A stretch of DNA of 64,000 nucleotides, taken from contig OX597815.1 in NCBI GenBank assembly GCA_951406725.2, forward strand, positions 22,878,001 to 22,942,000, in the 5' to 3' direction. Positions 38,191-50,094 of the stretch are shown here, piece by piece; the stretch's first letter is position 1, and each line of letters starts with the position of its first letter. Below the pieces are notes generated by a model. The model saw nothing but the letters and a program-made list of their open reading frames with translations, was not told the DNA's origin and made no database searches. The position numbers and the translations under genes are program-made. This DNA comes from Octopus vulgaris. Its lineage: Eukaryota.

Positions 38191-38979
38191 TTTCTATATC
38201 ATTTAATGTCCACCTTCCATGCTGGCATGGGTGGAACGGTTTGACAAGAGCCAACCAGGCAGAAACCTGCAGCAGACTTCTGTATCTGCTTTGGCAGGAT
38301 ATTTACAGCTGGATGCCCTTCTTAAACCAACCACTTAGCAGAATGGACAGAGCTTTTTAGGTGGCACAAGCACAGGCAAGGTCAGTTTCAGCAAGGTTTT
38401 TACAGCTGGATGCCCTTCCAAACACCAACCACTTTATAGTGTGGACTGGGTGCTTTTAAGTGGTATCTGCACTGACAGGGTCACCAAGTACTTGCAAGCC
38501 AAAAAAAAAAAGCTCTTTTCAGAGGCGAGTGGGTATTGGAAGAAGTGATCTTGTATCAGATGATGAAAGGTTATAGTGAGGCAGAAAGACAGAAACAGGT
38601 ATCATGCTATAGAGGAGGTACAAGGTTACCCAGCCAGAGAGAGAGAGAGAGTGGGGTGATATCAGGAATGAACACAGAAACAGGTGTGCTGCCACAGAGG
38701 AAATATATAGTTACCCAACCTAAGGGAAGTGCAGGAGAAAGGGAAAGAGATGGTGGCAAAGTGCCAGGTATACTCACAAGGGTGGGGATCAGAATATAAA
38801 TGGGATGGTGGAGTAAAGTAAGAAAGAGATATGGATGGTGGCAAGTGCCAAGGCATATCTTTGGGGTCCAAAGACCATAATATAAATGGCAGGATATTGA
38901 GAAGGAAGCGTGATTAAAGAGTATGGAGGGGGGAGTGAGTGGCAAAAACTTGTGTATATATAGTCGGGAAAACTACCGG

Positions 38980-39385
38980 ATAGCAATGATACAGAGAAAC
39001 AGTGCTGTGAGGACAGGATTAAGGGAGCGAGAGTTAGGCATAGGGTATGAAGAAGGAAATGTGAGGAAGGGAAAAGATATAGAGATGTAGATTGGTTTTT
39101 GGAGGTAGGGTGTGTGAAAAGTTTTCTTGTTATATGTGGGTGGAACACATGGGTCAGGGGCTAGCAGATGGCAATGATACAGTGAGACAGGGTACAGATG
39201 GAACACACAAGTCGGAAGCTAGCAGAGAGCAACGATACAGTTGCACAGGGCTAAGAGGACAGGATTGGGGAGTGAGAGCTAAGCATAGTGTACAACATGG
39301 AAATGTGAGGTAGAGATGTAGTTTGGTTTGTTGTGGCAGAGTGTGAGAAATTTTCTTGTTAAGTGTGGGGGGGGGACACAAAAAG
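38980..39385. repeat. Degenerate purine-rich direct repeat (~230-bp period)
   Basis: ggacaggatt..gagatgtagattggttt..ttttcttgtta..acaca recurs at ~39010-39150 and ~39255-39380. Confidence 0.6.
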
Positions 39386-40967
39386 CTTATCCTCCTTTGG
39401 CACTCTCAACCCACTCCTCTCTTCCTCTCATCACCTGGTATCATTCCACCACTAGATCACTGCACTATAACATCCAGCCCTTCCTTCCCAGATCATCTCC
39501 TCCTACAAGAACTCTCTCCCTGCACATGTCTTTCCTTCAGGCATTGGCTTGTAATTGTTGATAAGGAAGAAGTTAATCTCAGGTGTCAATAGTGTTAAAA
39601 CACAGCCCCCTTCCTCCTGACCAAATCAATAAAAGAGAAAATGCATGGAATATCTGGAAAAACAGGATGAAACTTTTGTATTGCACTGAGATAGTAGTTA
39701 CGTGGTAGTTTTATTTATATTACAGCCTGTTGAATTTACTGATAAAAGTATTCAATTTTGTGTGTATAGAGGAAATACATGCGAATATGAGCTGAAATAA
39801 GATATCAAAATAAAAGAAAACAGCAAGCTACGATGTCCACAGAAAGAAAATGATATAGGGAAGACAAAAAAAAAAGGTTGTAAGAAGTTTACTTTCCAAT
39901 CACATGTTTTTAAGTGTCATAACAGGATTGAAGAGCAGGTAAAAATCACAGCACACCCTACACACACCTACTTGATGAAACTAACTGCAACTGATACCAT
40001 TACTAGCAGCCTGTTGCACTATACAGGATTCAACTAAACAGGAGCATGATACATCTAGAACACACACATACCAAACACTCTTGATCTCTTTCTCAGTCCA
40101 CAAACACAATTTCTACCAAACCATCACAGTCTCTATATGTAGTGGAACACCCACTCACTGCATGATGACAAATATTATCACACATCTACATGCAACAAGT
40201 CCATCCCCTTCCCCAGCTTCCAAACTCTATGCACAGAACTTCACCACTTTTACACTAAGTTTCCCTGGCAGCAAATATACTTTACCTCTGAGCATAAGGA
40301 TCAACTAAACAGGTGACCAAAATAATACTCTTAGGGATGTACTTTCACATCCTTCCTCAAAACTAAAGTTCATAAGCCCAAACGATTTTCATCAAACAAG
40401 TTGCCTGCCTGTGAAAAATCATACACCTCTATGAACTGTGTGGATTTTACCTACAACCACAGCTTGTGCAAGACTACAATCCAGTGTTATGCACAGTATG
40501 CAAACTATCATTACTTCCCAAATGTCAACCAGTTCTTCTGGTCTCTTATTAAAAGGACCTTTGCCAACTGTGTAAAGTACCCACTCATTTTCAACCAAGA
40601 TAAGTAATCCTCCTGCAATGAAAGATTTTGCATTTGTTATCCAATTTATATGAACTTCAGGAATGAAGGAACCATGAGGGCTATAAGTGCTGCCTCTTCC
40701 TCCAGATTACTACCTTAAATATACAACACAAAGCAAAAGAAAACAGCAGCCTGATCTCCCTCAAATCACCTATGCTTTCTTAAAAAAAAAGGATATATTG
40801 GATAATAGTCTGAAAAAGATGGGATGGTCAAAGCTGGAATGCCTTTGATCATAGATCTCAATCAAGGTTTGGGATCTGCTGACTTGTAGAAGAATCCTTA
40901 AGACTACCACTAAAATCAACAACTATGAAGGCAAGGTGTAATCAATAGATTCAGTATACAATTGGCG

Positions 40968-41390
40968 TCATCATCATTATTGTTCAACCATGGTCGAGAC
41001 AATGGAATTTACTATGCTACGCCAGACTTCACGGTCCAACATAGCATTACGGAGCTCCTGTTGCTGAATGCCTGTATCCCTGGAGATTACATCAGGGTAT
41101 GAGAGTGTGCGCCCTCTAGTATCGTGAGCAGATGGCTCCCAGAGGGGAAGAGTAGAAATTTGCCTCGTTTTCAACTCTACAACAATGTCCAGCAAACTGG
41201 ATTCTTCTACCTTTCACAAGAGATGATACAGGTGGTTGTTTCCCATATATTTGTACTTTGGTTGGATGACGCTTCCACGAGAGATTTTGAGCTCTCGTAA
41301 GGAGGCGAGTGTAAGTTCCATCCAACCGTCTCTCAAGCTTCTTTGATAACGTCCAGGTTTCTGAGCCGTATAGTAGAATTGGTTCGACAA
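40968..41390 (-). mobile_element. RTE-clade LINE 3' fragment
   Basis: VEPILLYGSETWTLSKKLERRLDGTYTRLL..QNLSWKRHPT..FAGHC..ELRNAMLDREVWR; (GAT)n tail. Confidence 0.9.
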
Positions 41391-42399
41391 AATCAACACA
41401 GGCGGAAATGGAACTCGGAGTAGTAGTGCAGTGAAACAAAATATTTAAAATCTGGCCTTATCGTTTTCACAAGTCCACTGTCTTATTCCCCCCACCACTA
41501 AAAGTTTGTTTACTCAATAGATGGGAAAATAAGGCGAATCGATGTTGATGCACTTCTTCAGAACATTAGTAAAACAAGTTTAAAAAATGAAAATGGGTCG
41601 CAGACAAGATCCACCGGTAAAAACAACAAAATTTATTGCCCAAATGATAATTCAACTCATACAGTGTACCAACAGTAAAGGTGGCGACCGACAGATACAC
41701 TCTTTGTTTTCTTTCAACATAAAATTAAGCAAATGACTGATAGGAGGAGAGTAAAAACAAACAAAAAAAAAAGAATCATTATACAAATATCAGAGAGAAA
41801 GTGGGGAGGAAGACAGTATGATGTAAAGTACTAGAGTGTTTTTGTACTGAAGAGAAACTAAGGGAACGGGTGTATTGTAACGTAACAAAGATTGTTTTCA
41901 TTGCCGACATTTCATATTTTATATAAAAATATTAAAAAAAAACATAAAATATGCAAATAAAAATACACCAGCAGACAGAAACTAAAGACATGACACTTAG
42001 CTATTAACGTTGCTAAAGGTGCACGTGTATGTATTTCCATACGCATATTTATACATGCATGCGTACACACACACGTGTCTTTTTATGTGTGTATGTATGG
42101 GCGCACGTTCACACACACAGACACATACTTGTCTGCTTATGTATGTGTACGGGCACACACACGCACACACACACACGTACATACATATACACAATAATAT
42201 CTGGGTTAACGGACGAAAGAAAATAGTTATTAGTGAAAATAAGAGTGCTTCGCTAAAAAATCCTGAGTGTTCCCCTACCAGCTAGAAAGCAATTATTGCT
42301 TTCCATAATATTTCATATTCAGTTACATATCAAGTCGAAAATACTACATCAACAGTACATGGCATTTTTACCCCCTAGCTTGCTTCTTCTTTTAACTTG

Positions 42400-42700
42400 T
42401 CTGATATTTAGTTTTACGTATAAGAATTGTGCATTAAATAGTTTATGTACGGCATTTCTATTTTATTCTTACTGTTTTTGTTATTTTATTTTATTTTGTT
42501 TTGTTTTGTTTCGTTCTTTTCTTGTTATCATGAGGGTTCTTTCTTACTTTCAGTAACGATGTATTCAGACTGCCATGGAAACGGCTCAGAAAAAAATTTG
42601 GCAGCAACAATAAAAGGTTGCAACATGAACCCTTCTAGACCAGAGAAAAGGGTCCTTAACTCGAAAAGTGCATTAGGGAAGAGAACTCGTGTGTGCGTGT
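42400..42700 (-). promoter_or_regulatory. Putative promoter/first exon of second minus-strand gene (donor GTAAGA after 42548; X-box-like GTTTCCATGGCAGT at 42569-42582)
   Basis: Near the edge of a CpG-preserved domain; ACTGAAA|gtaagaaag on minus strand; motif differs from RFX consensus GTTTCCATGGCAAC at two positions. Confidence 0.3.
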
Positions 42701-42788
42701 GTGTGTGTGCGCGTGTGTGTGTGTGCGTGTGCGTGTGCGTGTGCGCAGGTGTGTGTGTGTGTGTGCGTGTGTGTGTGTATCGTCTGAT

Positions 42789-43022
42789 ATTTCTTTATTG
42801 CTCACAAGGGGCTAAACAGAGACGACAAACAAAGACAGACAAAGTGATTAAGTTTATTACACCGACCCCAGTGCTTAACTGGTACTTTATTTATCGATCC
42901 CGAAAGGATGAAAGGCAAAGTCGACCTCGGCGGAATTTGAACTCAGAACGTAACGGCAGCCGAAATACTGCTAGGCATTCCGACCGGCCGGCGTGCTAAC
43001 GTTTCTGCCAGCTCGCCGCCTT
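42789..43022 (-). mobile_element. SINE family B (CpG intact)
   Basis: Reverse match. Confidence 0.9.
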
Positions 43023-43054
43023 CGCGCATCGTCTGATATATCCGATGGCTGGAT

Positions 43055-43479
43055 GGCGATCTTTCGTCTCTAGTAGACCTTTCCGTCGATTTCCGTAAAA
43101 AAAATTTTTTTTTTTACATATGGGCTTGCGGGAACTTTTGAAGTAATATACATACATATACACATACACCGAGTAAAAAATTTCAGTTATCTCTTTCTTT
43201 CACACATTACTCTGTCTCTTCACACACTAACAGAAGCACTTCACTTACACAACATACTTGTCTGTCTCCCACACCCCATCAAACACGCACACACACACAC
43301 ATGTACATCAATGCTTCACATGCACGGTAACTTCAAAAGAACTTCCCTCGTCATACAATCGCTTTCTCTTAGTCTCTTTCGCTCTCATTACTTCAAAAGT
43401 TCCCGCAAGCCCATATGTAAAAAAAAAAAAATTTTTTACGGAAATCGACGGAAAGGTCTACTAGAGACGAAAGATTGCC
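43055..43479. mobile_element. MITE, Merlin-like, ~90-bp TIRs, 8-bp TSD GGCTGGAT
   Basis: ggctggat|ggcgatctttcgtctctagtagacc..gaagtaat ... attacttc..ggtctactagagacgaaagattgcc|ggctggat. Confidence 0.9.
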
Positions 43480-43641
43480 GGCTGGATCCTTGAAACTGAG
43501 AGCGGAAGGACAAAGGACCGCACTAGCAAAATTCAAAATACTCAACCAGAGAAAAACTGTCATTCAACGATAAGCTCCGATGACCACGCGTACCCACATC
43601 CACCAGCAATTTCTTTGTCTGAATTACAGTAATTAGGCTTC

Positions 43642-43960
43642 AATACAAAAATTAAAAAATATTAAGGCTATAAAATCCTCAGTATTCGTATTTCTCTAAT
43701 TATTTGTTGGGAGACTCGCACGCAACTGGCCAAATATACAGAGTACAATCCTGCCACCAGTAGATTCAGTAGACGATGGTATTCCACTGTGTGAGAGAGT
43801 GTGGTGTCCTTGAAATACTTAACTCTTAATAACTGTCTATTTCATTAAGCTATAAATAGATACCACAGAGCGAAGTACAGCATGCCATTATAGAATACTT
43901 TGTTACCTAAAAATGTCGATTTGGTTCATTAGTTGTATATACGTAAAGATTTTTTGCTTT
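43642..43960 (+). repeat. Direct repeat copy 1 (copy 2 at 46938-47231)
   Basis: aatattaaggctataaa..gttgggagactcg..cctgccaccagtagat..cagagcgaagtacagcat..aatgtcgatttgg shared. Confidence 0.9.
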
Positions 43961-43981
43961 TTTTCTTTATATATATATATA

Positions 43982-44204
43982 TATTCTGTTGTGTCTGGGG
44001 AGAGTCATTTTCTTTTCGTGCCTTATAATGTAACACACAGGTAAAATTTCCACTTATTTCTTATTTTTAAGAAATAAATGGAAATTTTACCGGTGAGTGT
44101 ATTACATTATAAGGCACAAAAGGAAAATGACTCTCCTCAGACACAACGGAATATGCTTCAACACACGAACTCATATAAAGAATCTTGCAAACCAAATCCA
44201 AAAA

Positions 44205-44207
<3 letters not shown>
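43982..44207. mobile_element. Fold-back of Penelope-type pLTR end, between (TA)n tracts
   Basis: attctgttgtgtctggggagagtcatttt..gtgccttataatgtaa / ttacattataaggcac..aaaatgactctcctcagacacaacggaat; right end resembles the reverse complement of 15300-15370. Confidence 0.7.
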
Positions 44208-44256
<49 letters not shown>

Positions 44257-44432
44257 CACATACACACACACACACACACAACTATCATCAATGAAATGGT
44301 AGTTTTTATTACTAATCGTTCAAGAAGACACCTGTCCTTTGAATGCCAAGCTTCCTCACTAGGTCACAGGTGACGGTCCTATTTCAAAAGGACTGCACCA
44401 TCATTATTGTTCGTTCATTGTGTACCATACAC

Positions 44433-45200
44433 AAGGCGGCGAGCTGGCAGCAACCGTTACCGCGGGCAAAATGCTTAGCAGCTTTTCATTTGTCTTTACG
44501 TTCTGAGTTCATATTACGCCAAGGTCGACTTTACCTTTCATCTTTTCGGGGTCAATAAAATAAGTGCCAGTTGAGCATTGGGGCCGATGTAATCGACTTA
44601 ATTTCTCCCCCGAAATTGCAGGCCTTGTGCTAAAATTTGAAATCATTATTTGTACACCGTACATATTTGTATTTCATATTTTTGCTTTCTCATTCAATTC
44701 TCCATTTGTTATACATGTATTTGTGATTGTTTCCCTCAACAGTTGTCCTGGTGGTAAATAAAAGAAATTAGCAGAGAGCTGGTAGAAAGAGCTTTGGGAA
44801 AAGCTTTATGGTATTTCTTCCGGCGAGCTGGCAGAAGCGTTAGCACGCCGGGCGAAATGCTTAGCGGTATTTCGTCTGCGTTACGTTGTGAGTTCAAATT
44901 CCGCCGAGGTCGACTTTGCCTTTCATCCTTTCGGGGTCGATAAATTAAGTACCAGTTACGCACTGGGGTCGATGTAATCGACTTAATACCTATGTCTTTC
45001 CTTGTTTGTCCCCTCTGTGTTTAACCCCTTGTGGGTAATAAAGAAATAGGTATTTCTTCCGGTTCCTTTCGTTCTAATCTCAAATCCTACCGAAGTCAAG
45101 TTAGCTTTTCATCTTTGAGGTTCGGCAAAATAAAATGCCAGTCAAATACTAGGGTCGAAGTAATCAACTAATCTCTTCCCCCAAAATCGATGGCCTTAGT
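44433..45200 (+). mobile_element. Cluster of family B SINEs (44433-44650, 44820-45050 young, 45050-45200 old)
   Basis: ggcgagctggcag heads and Nin/Deu-like cores. Confidence 0.85.
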
Positions 45201-46239
45201 CAGAAACACCTTTTTATACAGTCCCAGGTCAATCTTGCTTTAGAAGACCTACGATCAAAGGCATTTTCACTATGACAATCTTAAATGGCTTATAAACACC
45301 TTCCACGCTGCAATTGTTTTCGTTCCAGCACACGATCTCAGATCAGGTCACTTGCTATGCAAGTACATCTCCGAAAATCATCTTTTATTTTATTTTTATC
45401 AGACATTGTATTTAAGACTTTTGGAAAACGAACGGTCAAGTTGACTCTGACGAGAGTAAGTTCAGAAAAATGATGAAACCAAATATGAAACTTTGCTGTT
45501 TGTTCTTGCTATACTGCTATTTTGACTAAAACATGAAGGAGCTCATAAGGGAGTTTCTATGTGGTCGGTCACTCTATGTGCTAGAAATAGCAGTTAAATC
45601 TTAACCACATTACATCCTTCAAGAAACAAAAAATGAATTCATCAGATAATAAGTGGGCGAGCTTTCGATACTAGTAACATAACTGTCACTTAACAATAAG
45701 TGTTTAGTTAAAACAAATTAATTAAAAAATCTGGCCGTCAAATTGAATAGATCCGAAATAAGTCCCAGTCATGTATACAGGTCAATTCAAACAATTGCAA
45801 CACACCTTCCCAACAAAGTTGTGGCCTTATTTCAAAATAAGAAATAGCTAAGGGATTGCCTATTTCACTTTGCAAGTTTTCAACTGTGTCACTCTTATGA
45901 AAGATCGTTTGCCTGACATAGATTTAATACTATACATTATAAATAAATACAAAACTTATGAATCATTTGTGTGTTACTACAAAATCCTTTGCCTTAAATC
46001 TTTTAGTCATGTATCCCACTCCAATACCAACAATAAACACTTTATCTAAAACCTGTTTGCTGCAGATGAGGTGATTTTATATGTAAGAAATTTGTTTAAA
46101 AGTCAATGACTTAATACATCATACATATTAAATCAACCATTTACAAACAATAAACAATTAAATATCACTTTTTTTTATTCATCTCTTGGTGGTGTTTTGC
46201 TGTACGTATTTGATTCACTTAAAGAAAGTAGGAGCCCCT

Positions 46240-46790
46240 TTTTACTCCTTTACAAATGTGTCAAAAGCTCCCTTCAGCTACGTCTGTTTCTGTTTTTTTT
46301 TTTGTTTTTTTTCTTGGTAAATTTGACGATAACAGACGATATCATTTAAGATTTGTAGCAACTGTTCTACTTCACTCGAAATTCGAATCTTAGACTCAAA
46401 AAATTCTTTTAGCCGTACGTGCTTACATAAGAATTCCGCCGTCTTTTTTTCTTTTTCTTTTTTTTTATGATTTTCGTCTTTTTAAGTCGCCGAACCTTTT
46501 AAGAAACAAAATAAAAAAGAGTAGTTTCCAATGTTAGATCGTCTTCGGCTTTTCCAAGCGATCTTCAATTGTGAGCTCTTGTTCGTATGACTGAAACGGA
46601 TCGTTCATATATTCATAGAAACATCAAGTCACAATTGATTAACAATATCAACGATGACTCGTTTTACTTCGAACAATCTCTACTGATTCTCTAAATCCCT
46701 CAAAAATTGTCAATAACTTGAAAGAATTTCTTTCAAACGTCTTTCGTATTTTTCTCTGTAATTTGTTGCAGAAGCCTTCTTTTTATTATT
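46240..46790 (-). mobile_element. pogo/Tigger-like transposase C-terminal relic
   Basis: Minus-strand frameshifted pieces FEGFRESVEIV..VIVDIVNQL*LDVS..QSYEQELTIED..NDIVCYRQIYQEKK..QKQT resemble the Tigger C-terminus. Confidence 0.5.
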
Positions 46791-46937
46791 TTTTACAACA
46801 ACCTAGAATGTTGAAAGATTTACAAAATGATCAAGTGTTGGGTCACCTTCTCTATCATTAGCATTTATAAACTGGTCAAATGCGTGCCAAAAATAAAATC
46901 TTTAAAAGTAGCAAATAACGCTTTGGTGCAATGCTTG

Positions 46938-47231
46938 AATGCAAAACTTAAATATTAAGGCTATAAATTCCTCAGTATTTGTATTTTTCTAATTATTTGT
47001 TGGGAGACTCGTACTCAACTGACCAAGAATACAGAGTAGAATCCTGCCACCAGTAGATGCTGTGAGTGTGGTGTCCTTGAAATATTTAACTCTTAATAAC
47101 TGTCTATTTCATTTAGCTATAAATAGATATCACAGAGCGAAGTACAGCATACCATTATAGAATACTTTGTTACCTAAAAATGTCGATTTGGATCATTAGA
47201 TGTATATATACGCAGAGATTTTTTTTGCTTT
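46938..47231 (+). repeat. Direct repeat copy 2
   Basis: See 43642-43960; lacks a ~20-25-nt segment present in copy 1. Confidence 0.9.
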
Positions 47232-47242
47232 AAATATATATA

Positions 47243-47381
47243 GGTAGCTTGTTTACCAACCACATGGCTCCGGGTTCAGTCCCACTGCGTGGTACCTTGG
47301 GCAAGTGTCTTCTACTATAGCCTCGGGCCGACCAAAGCCTTGTGAGTGGATTTGGTAGACGGAAACTGAAAGAAGCCCGTC

Positions 47382-47432
<51 letters not shown>

Positions 47433-47646
47433 CGTGTGTGTGTTTGTGTCTGTGTTTGTCCTCCTAGCATTGCTTGACAACCGATGCTGGTGTGTTTATG
47501 TCCCCGTTACTTAACGGTTCGGCAAAAGAGACCGATAGAATAAGTACTGGTCTTACAAAAGAATAAGTCCCGGGTCGAGTTGCTCGATTAAAGGCGGTGC
47601 TCCAGCATGGCCGCAGTCAAATGACTGAAACAAGTAAAAGAATAAA
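47243..47646 (+). mobile_element. SINE family A (5'-clipped, CpG intact)
   Basis: Match to family. Confidence 0.9.
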
Positions 47647-47774
47647 ATATATATATATATATATATAAAAGAAAATAGATGTTCAGAATGCTGGATGGTT
47701 GTAAAATATATATATTTATTTATATATCACATATTATTACTTCATATTAGCGCTTTCATAGGTATGGTTTACGT

Positions 47775-47858
47775 AATGTGTAATTGTTCTGAGTCATGTC
47801 CATTTCAAACAACTCTTCTTTCAAATACCCATGACTCTAAGAACAATTACACATTATG
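47775..47858. repeat. Short fold-back within a (TA)n-flanked segment (~47665-48045)
   Basis: taatgtgtaattgttct..gagtcatg / catgactc..agaacaattacacatta. Confidence 0.75.
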
Positions 47859-48058
47859 AACACCGTACTTACGTAATTCCAAATTTTTTTAGCTTTTATT
47901 TCTTTCCTTAATTTTTGCTACTGACGAATACTTTTCGACAACCAAGATTCTCAAAATGAATTTATTGTCCTTCTGTATAAAATCATCGCATAACTCCATG
48001 AATAAAAATAATTCCAATCCATATTAACATCTAATCTCTTCCATTTATATATATATAT

Positions 48059-48740
48059 TACTTAAGGTTACCCGTTCTACGCGCAGGTGAGGGCGTGGTT
48101 GTTACTTTCTGTTACTTCCTTTCTGTTTCTCATCGCCACATTCTCCCTCTTTGTTTCTCTCTCCTTTCTCTGTCACTTTCCCACTCTCTTACTCTTCCTT
48201 TCTCTCGGACTCTCCCTCGCTTTCTCTTACTCTCTATCTTTCTCTATCTATCTCTCTCTCCCATTTATAAAAAACAAAAGATCTTGAGTAAGTTGAGAAA
48301 GAAAATATTTTGAAAGATCAATCATAAATATCAGGCTGTGACGACGGAAAGCACACTTGCCTTTTGTACGTGCCACTATTTGAGCGATTAAAGATAAGGG
48401 AAAAGGGTTTTCTTTGCTAAATTTAGTACTTATTTTGGGAATTTTTCGACGATTGACCATGCAAATGGAAGCTCTAAACACAGGCTACATGCAGCTGTAA
48501 ATTTCTTTCAGAAAAAATGAAAACTGTAAACAATAAAAATAAAAGGCAAAAATACGTAAAAATGAGAAATTTTTTTCAACTTCAAAAGTCTTGCCTTAAT
48601 TTTTAAAATTCGAACCCATTTTCCGCGCTTAAATCCGCTTCCACTTCACCATGTTGAAAATTTGATTGAAATCGGGCAAAATATGTCCAATCTAGACCCC
48701 CAAGTGTCCCCAAAAATCAATAAAATCCCCGTTTTCACAG
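48059..48740 (-). mobile_element. Possible Helitron-like non-autonomous fragment
   Basis: Minus-strand end acctgcgcgtagaacgggtaaccttaagta (hairpin plus CTAG-like end); internal (CT)n-rich tract; no second copy in window. Confidence 0.35.
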
Positions 48741-50085
48741 CAAAGCCAACTTTTTAGGTATTACACTTAACTTACACAGTAATTCGTACTTCCCACACCA
48801 CAAACCATTGACCAATCTTAAGTATATTAGCAAATTTAGTAATCATTCTAGGGCCATTGCTAGGAACTTAGTTAAGAATATTTCATTTAGATTGTCTAAC
48901 TTATCTGCTAATGGTGACATTTTCAATGCTAAGGCCGAATTTTAAAACCGTGCCTTACTTAAAGCAGGTTATACAGAGAACGTTACCTACCTTAATTCCA
49001 TTCAATCTTATTCTACCTTTACTAGTGGAGATACGAAATCTAGTTGTAAGGATATAAACGATATCAATTTTAATTTATATGCCAACACCAAACAGAGGAA
49101 GGGAGATAACCTTTATTTAAACCCCTATTTTCGTTCTAAAAGTAAATATATGTCTTTCAAAGATAGTATCACTAAAAGTAACGTAACTAATAGTAAAACC
49201 ATTTGGTTAATTATTCCTTATGGGAGGCAAATTAAATCTAATCTTCCTTTGCAGTTTCGTGAAGCTATTATTAGGAATTTTCCAAAGAATTCTAGGTATC
49301 ACTCTATTATCAACTAACACACGGTTAGGATTGGTTTTTCCAACACAAAAATATCTTACAAATTATCTCCCCACATAATATTAGCCTATTAAACAGGGAT
49401 ACATTTGCTAATACTAACATTAATTTAGCTAATACCATCCACCACCACCCTACAAATATTAATAACAAGGTTATTGTACCTAAAGTCAATTACAACAGAA
49501 TCAAGTTTATGTCAAGTAACTCTAAAATTAAAAATTCTATATACCAGTGTAAAATTACTTCTGGTAATGAAGTATTTTTTTATAGGCAGCTCGTCTTCTC
49601 AGTTACCTAAACGAATTTCTAATCATTACTCTACATTTAGGGATAGGAATAAACGTAACAGTATAAGGCTTAGTAAATTAATTTGGTATCTAAAACACCA
49701 CAAACAATTTAATCTAGATTGATCGATTCTCTCAATTTTGATACCTTACGATAAGGGCAAGGAATTCTCTCTTCTCTGTAATTCTGAACTGTTTTTTATT
49801 CTTTTTTCTAAAAATCCCCTTGTAAACACGGTTATAGAGCGTGCATACCGATGTAAACATTGGCAGAAACACACCTTTAGTTCATATAAGTGATATCTAT
49901 CATTATATATAATTTAAATATTAATTTTCTTCTTACATTTCACATTCACTAGATATATCTTTTTCCAAGACTATAGGTTTTTATTTAATTTACATATCGT
50001 TATATACTTCTCATTTATTTGGGGTTTTTTCTTTCCTTTACCCCTCCTCTTTCCATAGGCTACCTTTGATGTTATATCGTCTAAC
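48741..50085 (+). mobile_element. Penelope-like element remnant: RT C-terminus plus GIY-YIG endonuclease (disrupted)
   Basis: KANFLGITLNL..HKPLTNLKYISKFSNH..LSNLSANGDIFN..AGY; IWLIIPYG..RNFPKNSRYHSIIN; IYQCKI..IGSSSSQLPKRISNHYSTFRDRNKRNSIRLSKLIWYLK..LLCNSE. Confidence 0.85.
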
Positions 50086-50094
50086 GTTTTTTTA

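Noticed and set aside
40081-40610. ORFs 40081-40308 and 40401-40607
   Set aside because: C/A-rich sequence with a faint LINE-like motif (FWSL..PLIF); probably a very old LINE relic, too decayed to call
41521-41678. Plus-strand open frame DGKIRRIDVDALLQNISKTSLKNENGSQTRSTGKNNK..* after an AG
   Set aside because: Weak acceptor, no supporting plus-strand exons, no recognised homology; not excluded but unsupported
47918-47945. CTGACGA hammerhead-like core
   Set aside because: No stem II and no GAAA/NUH downstream
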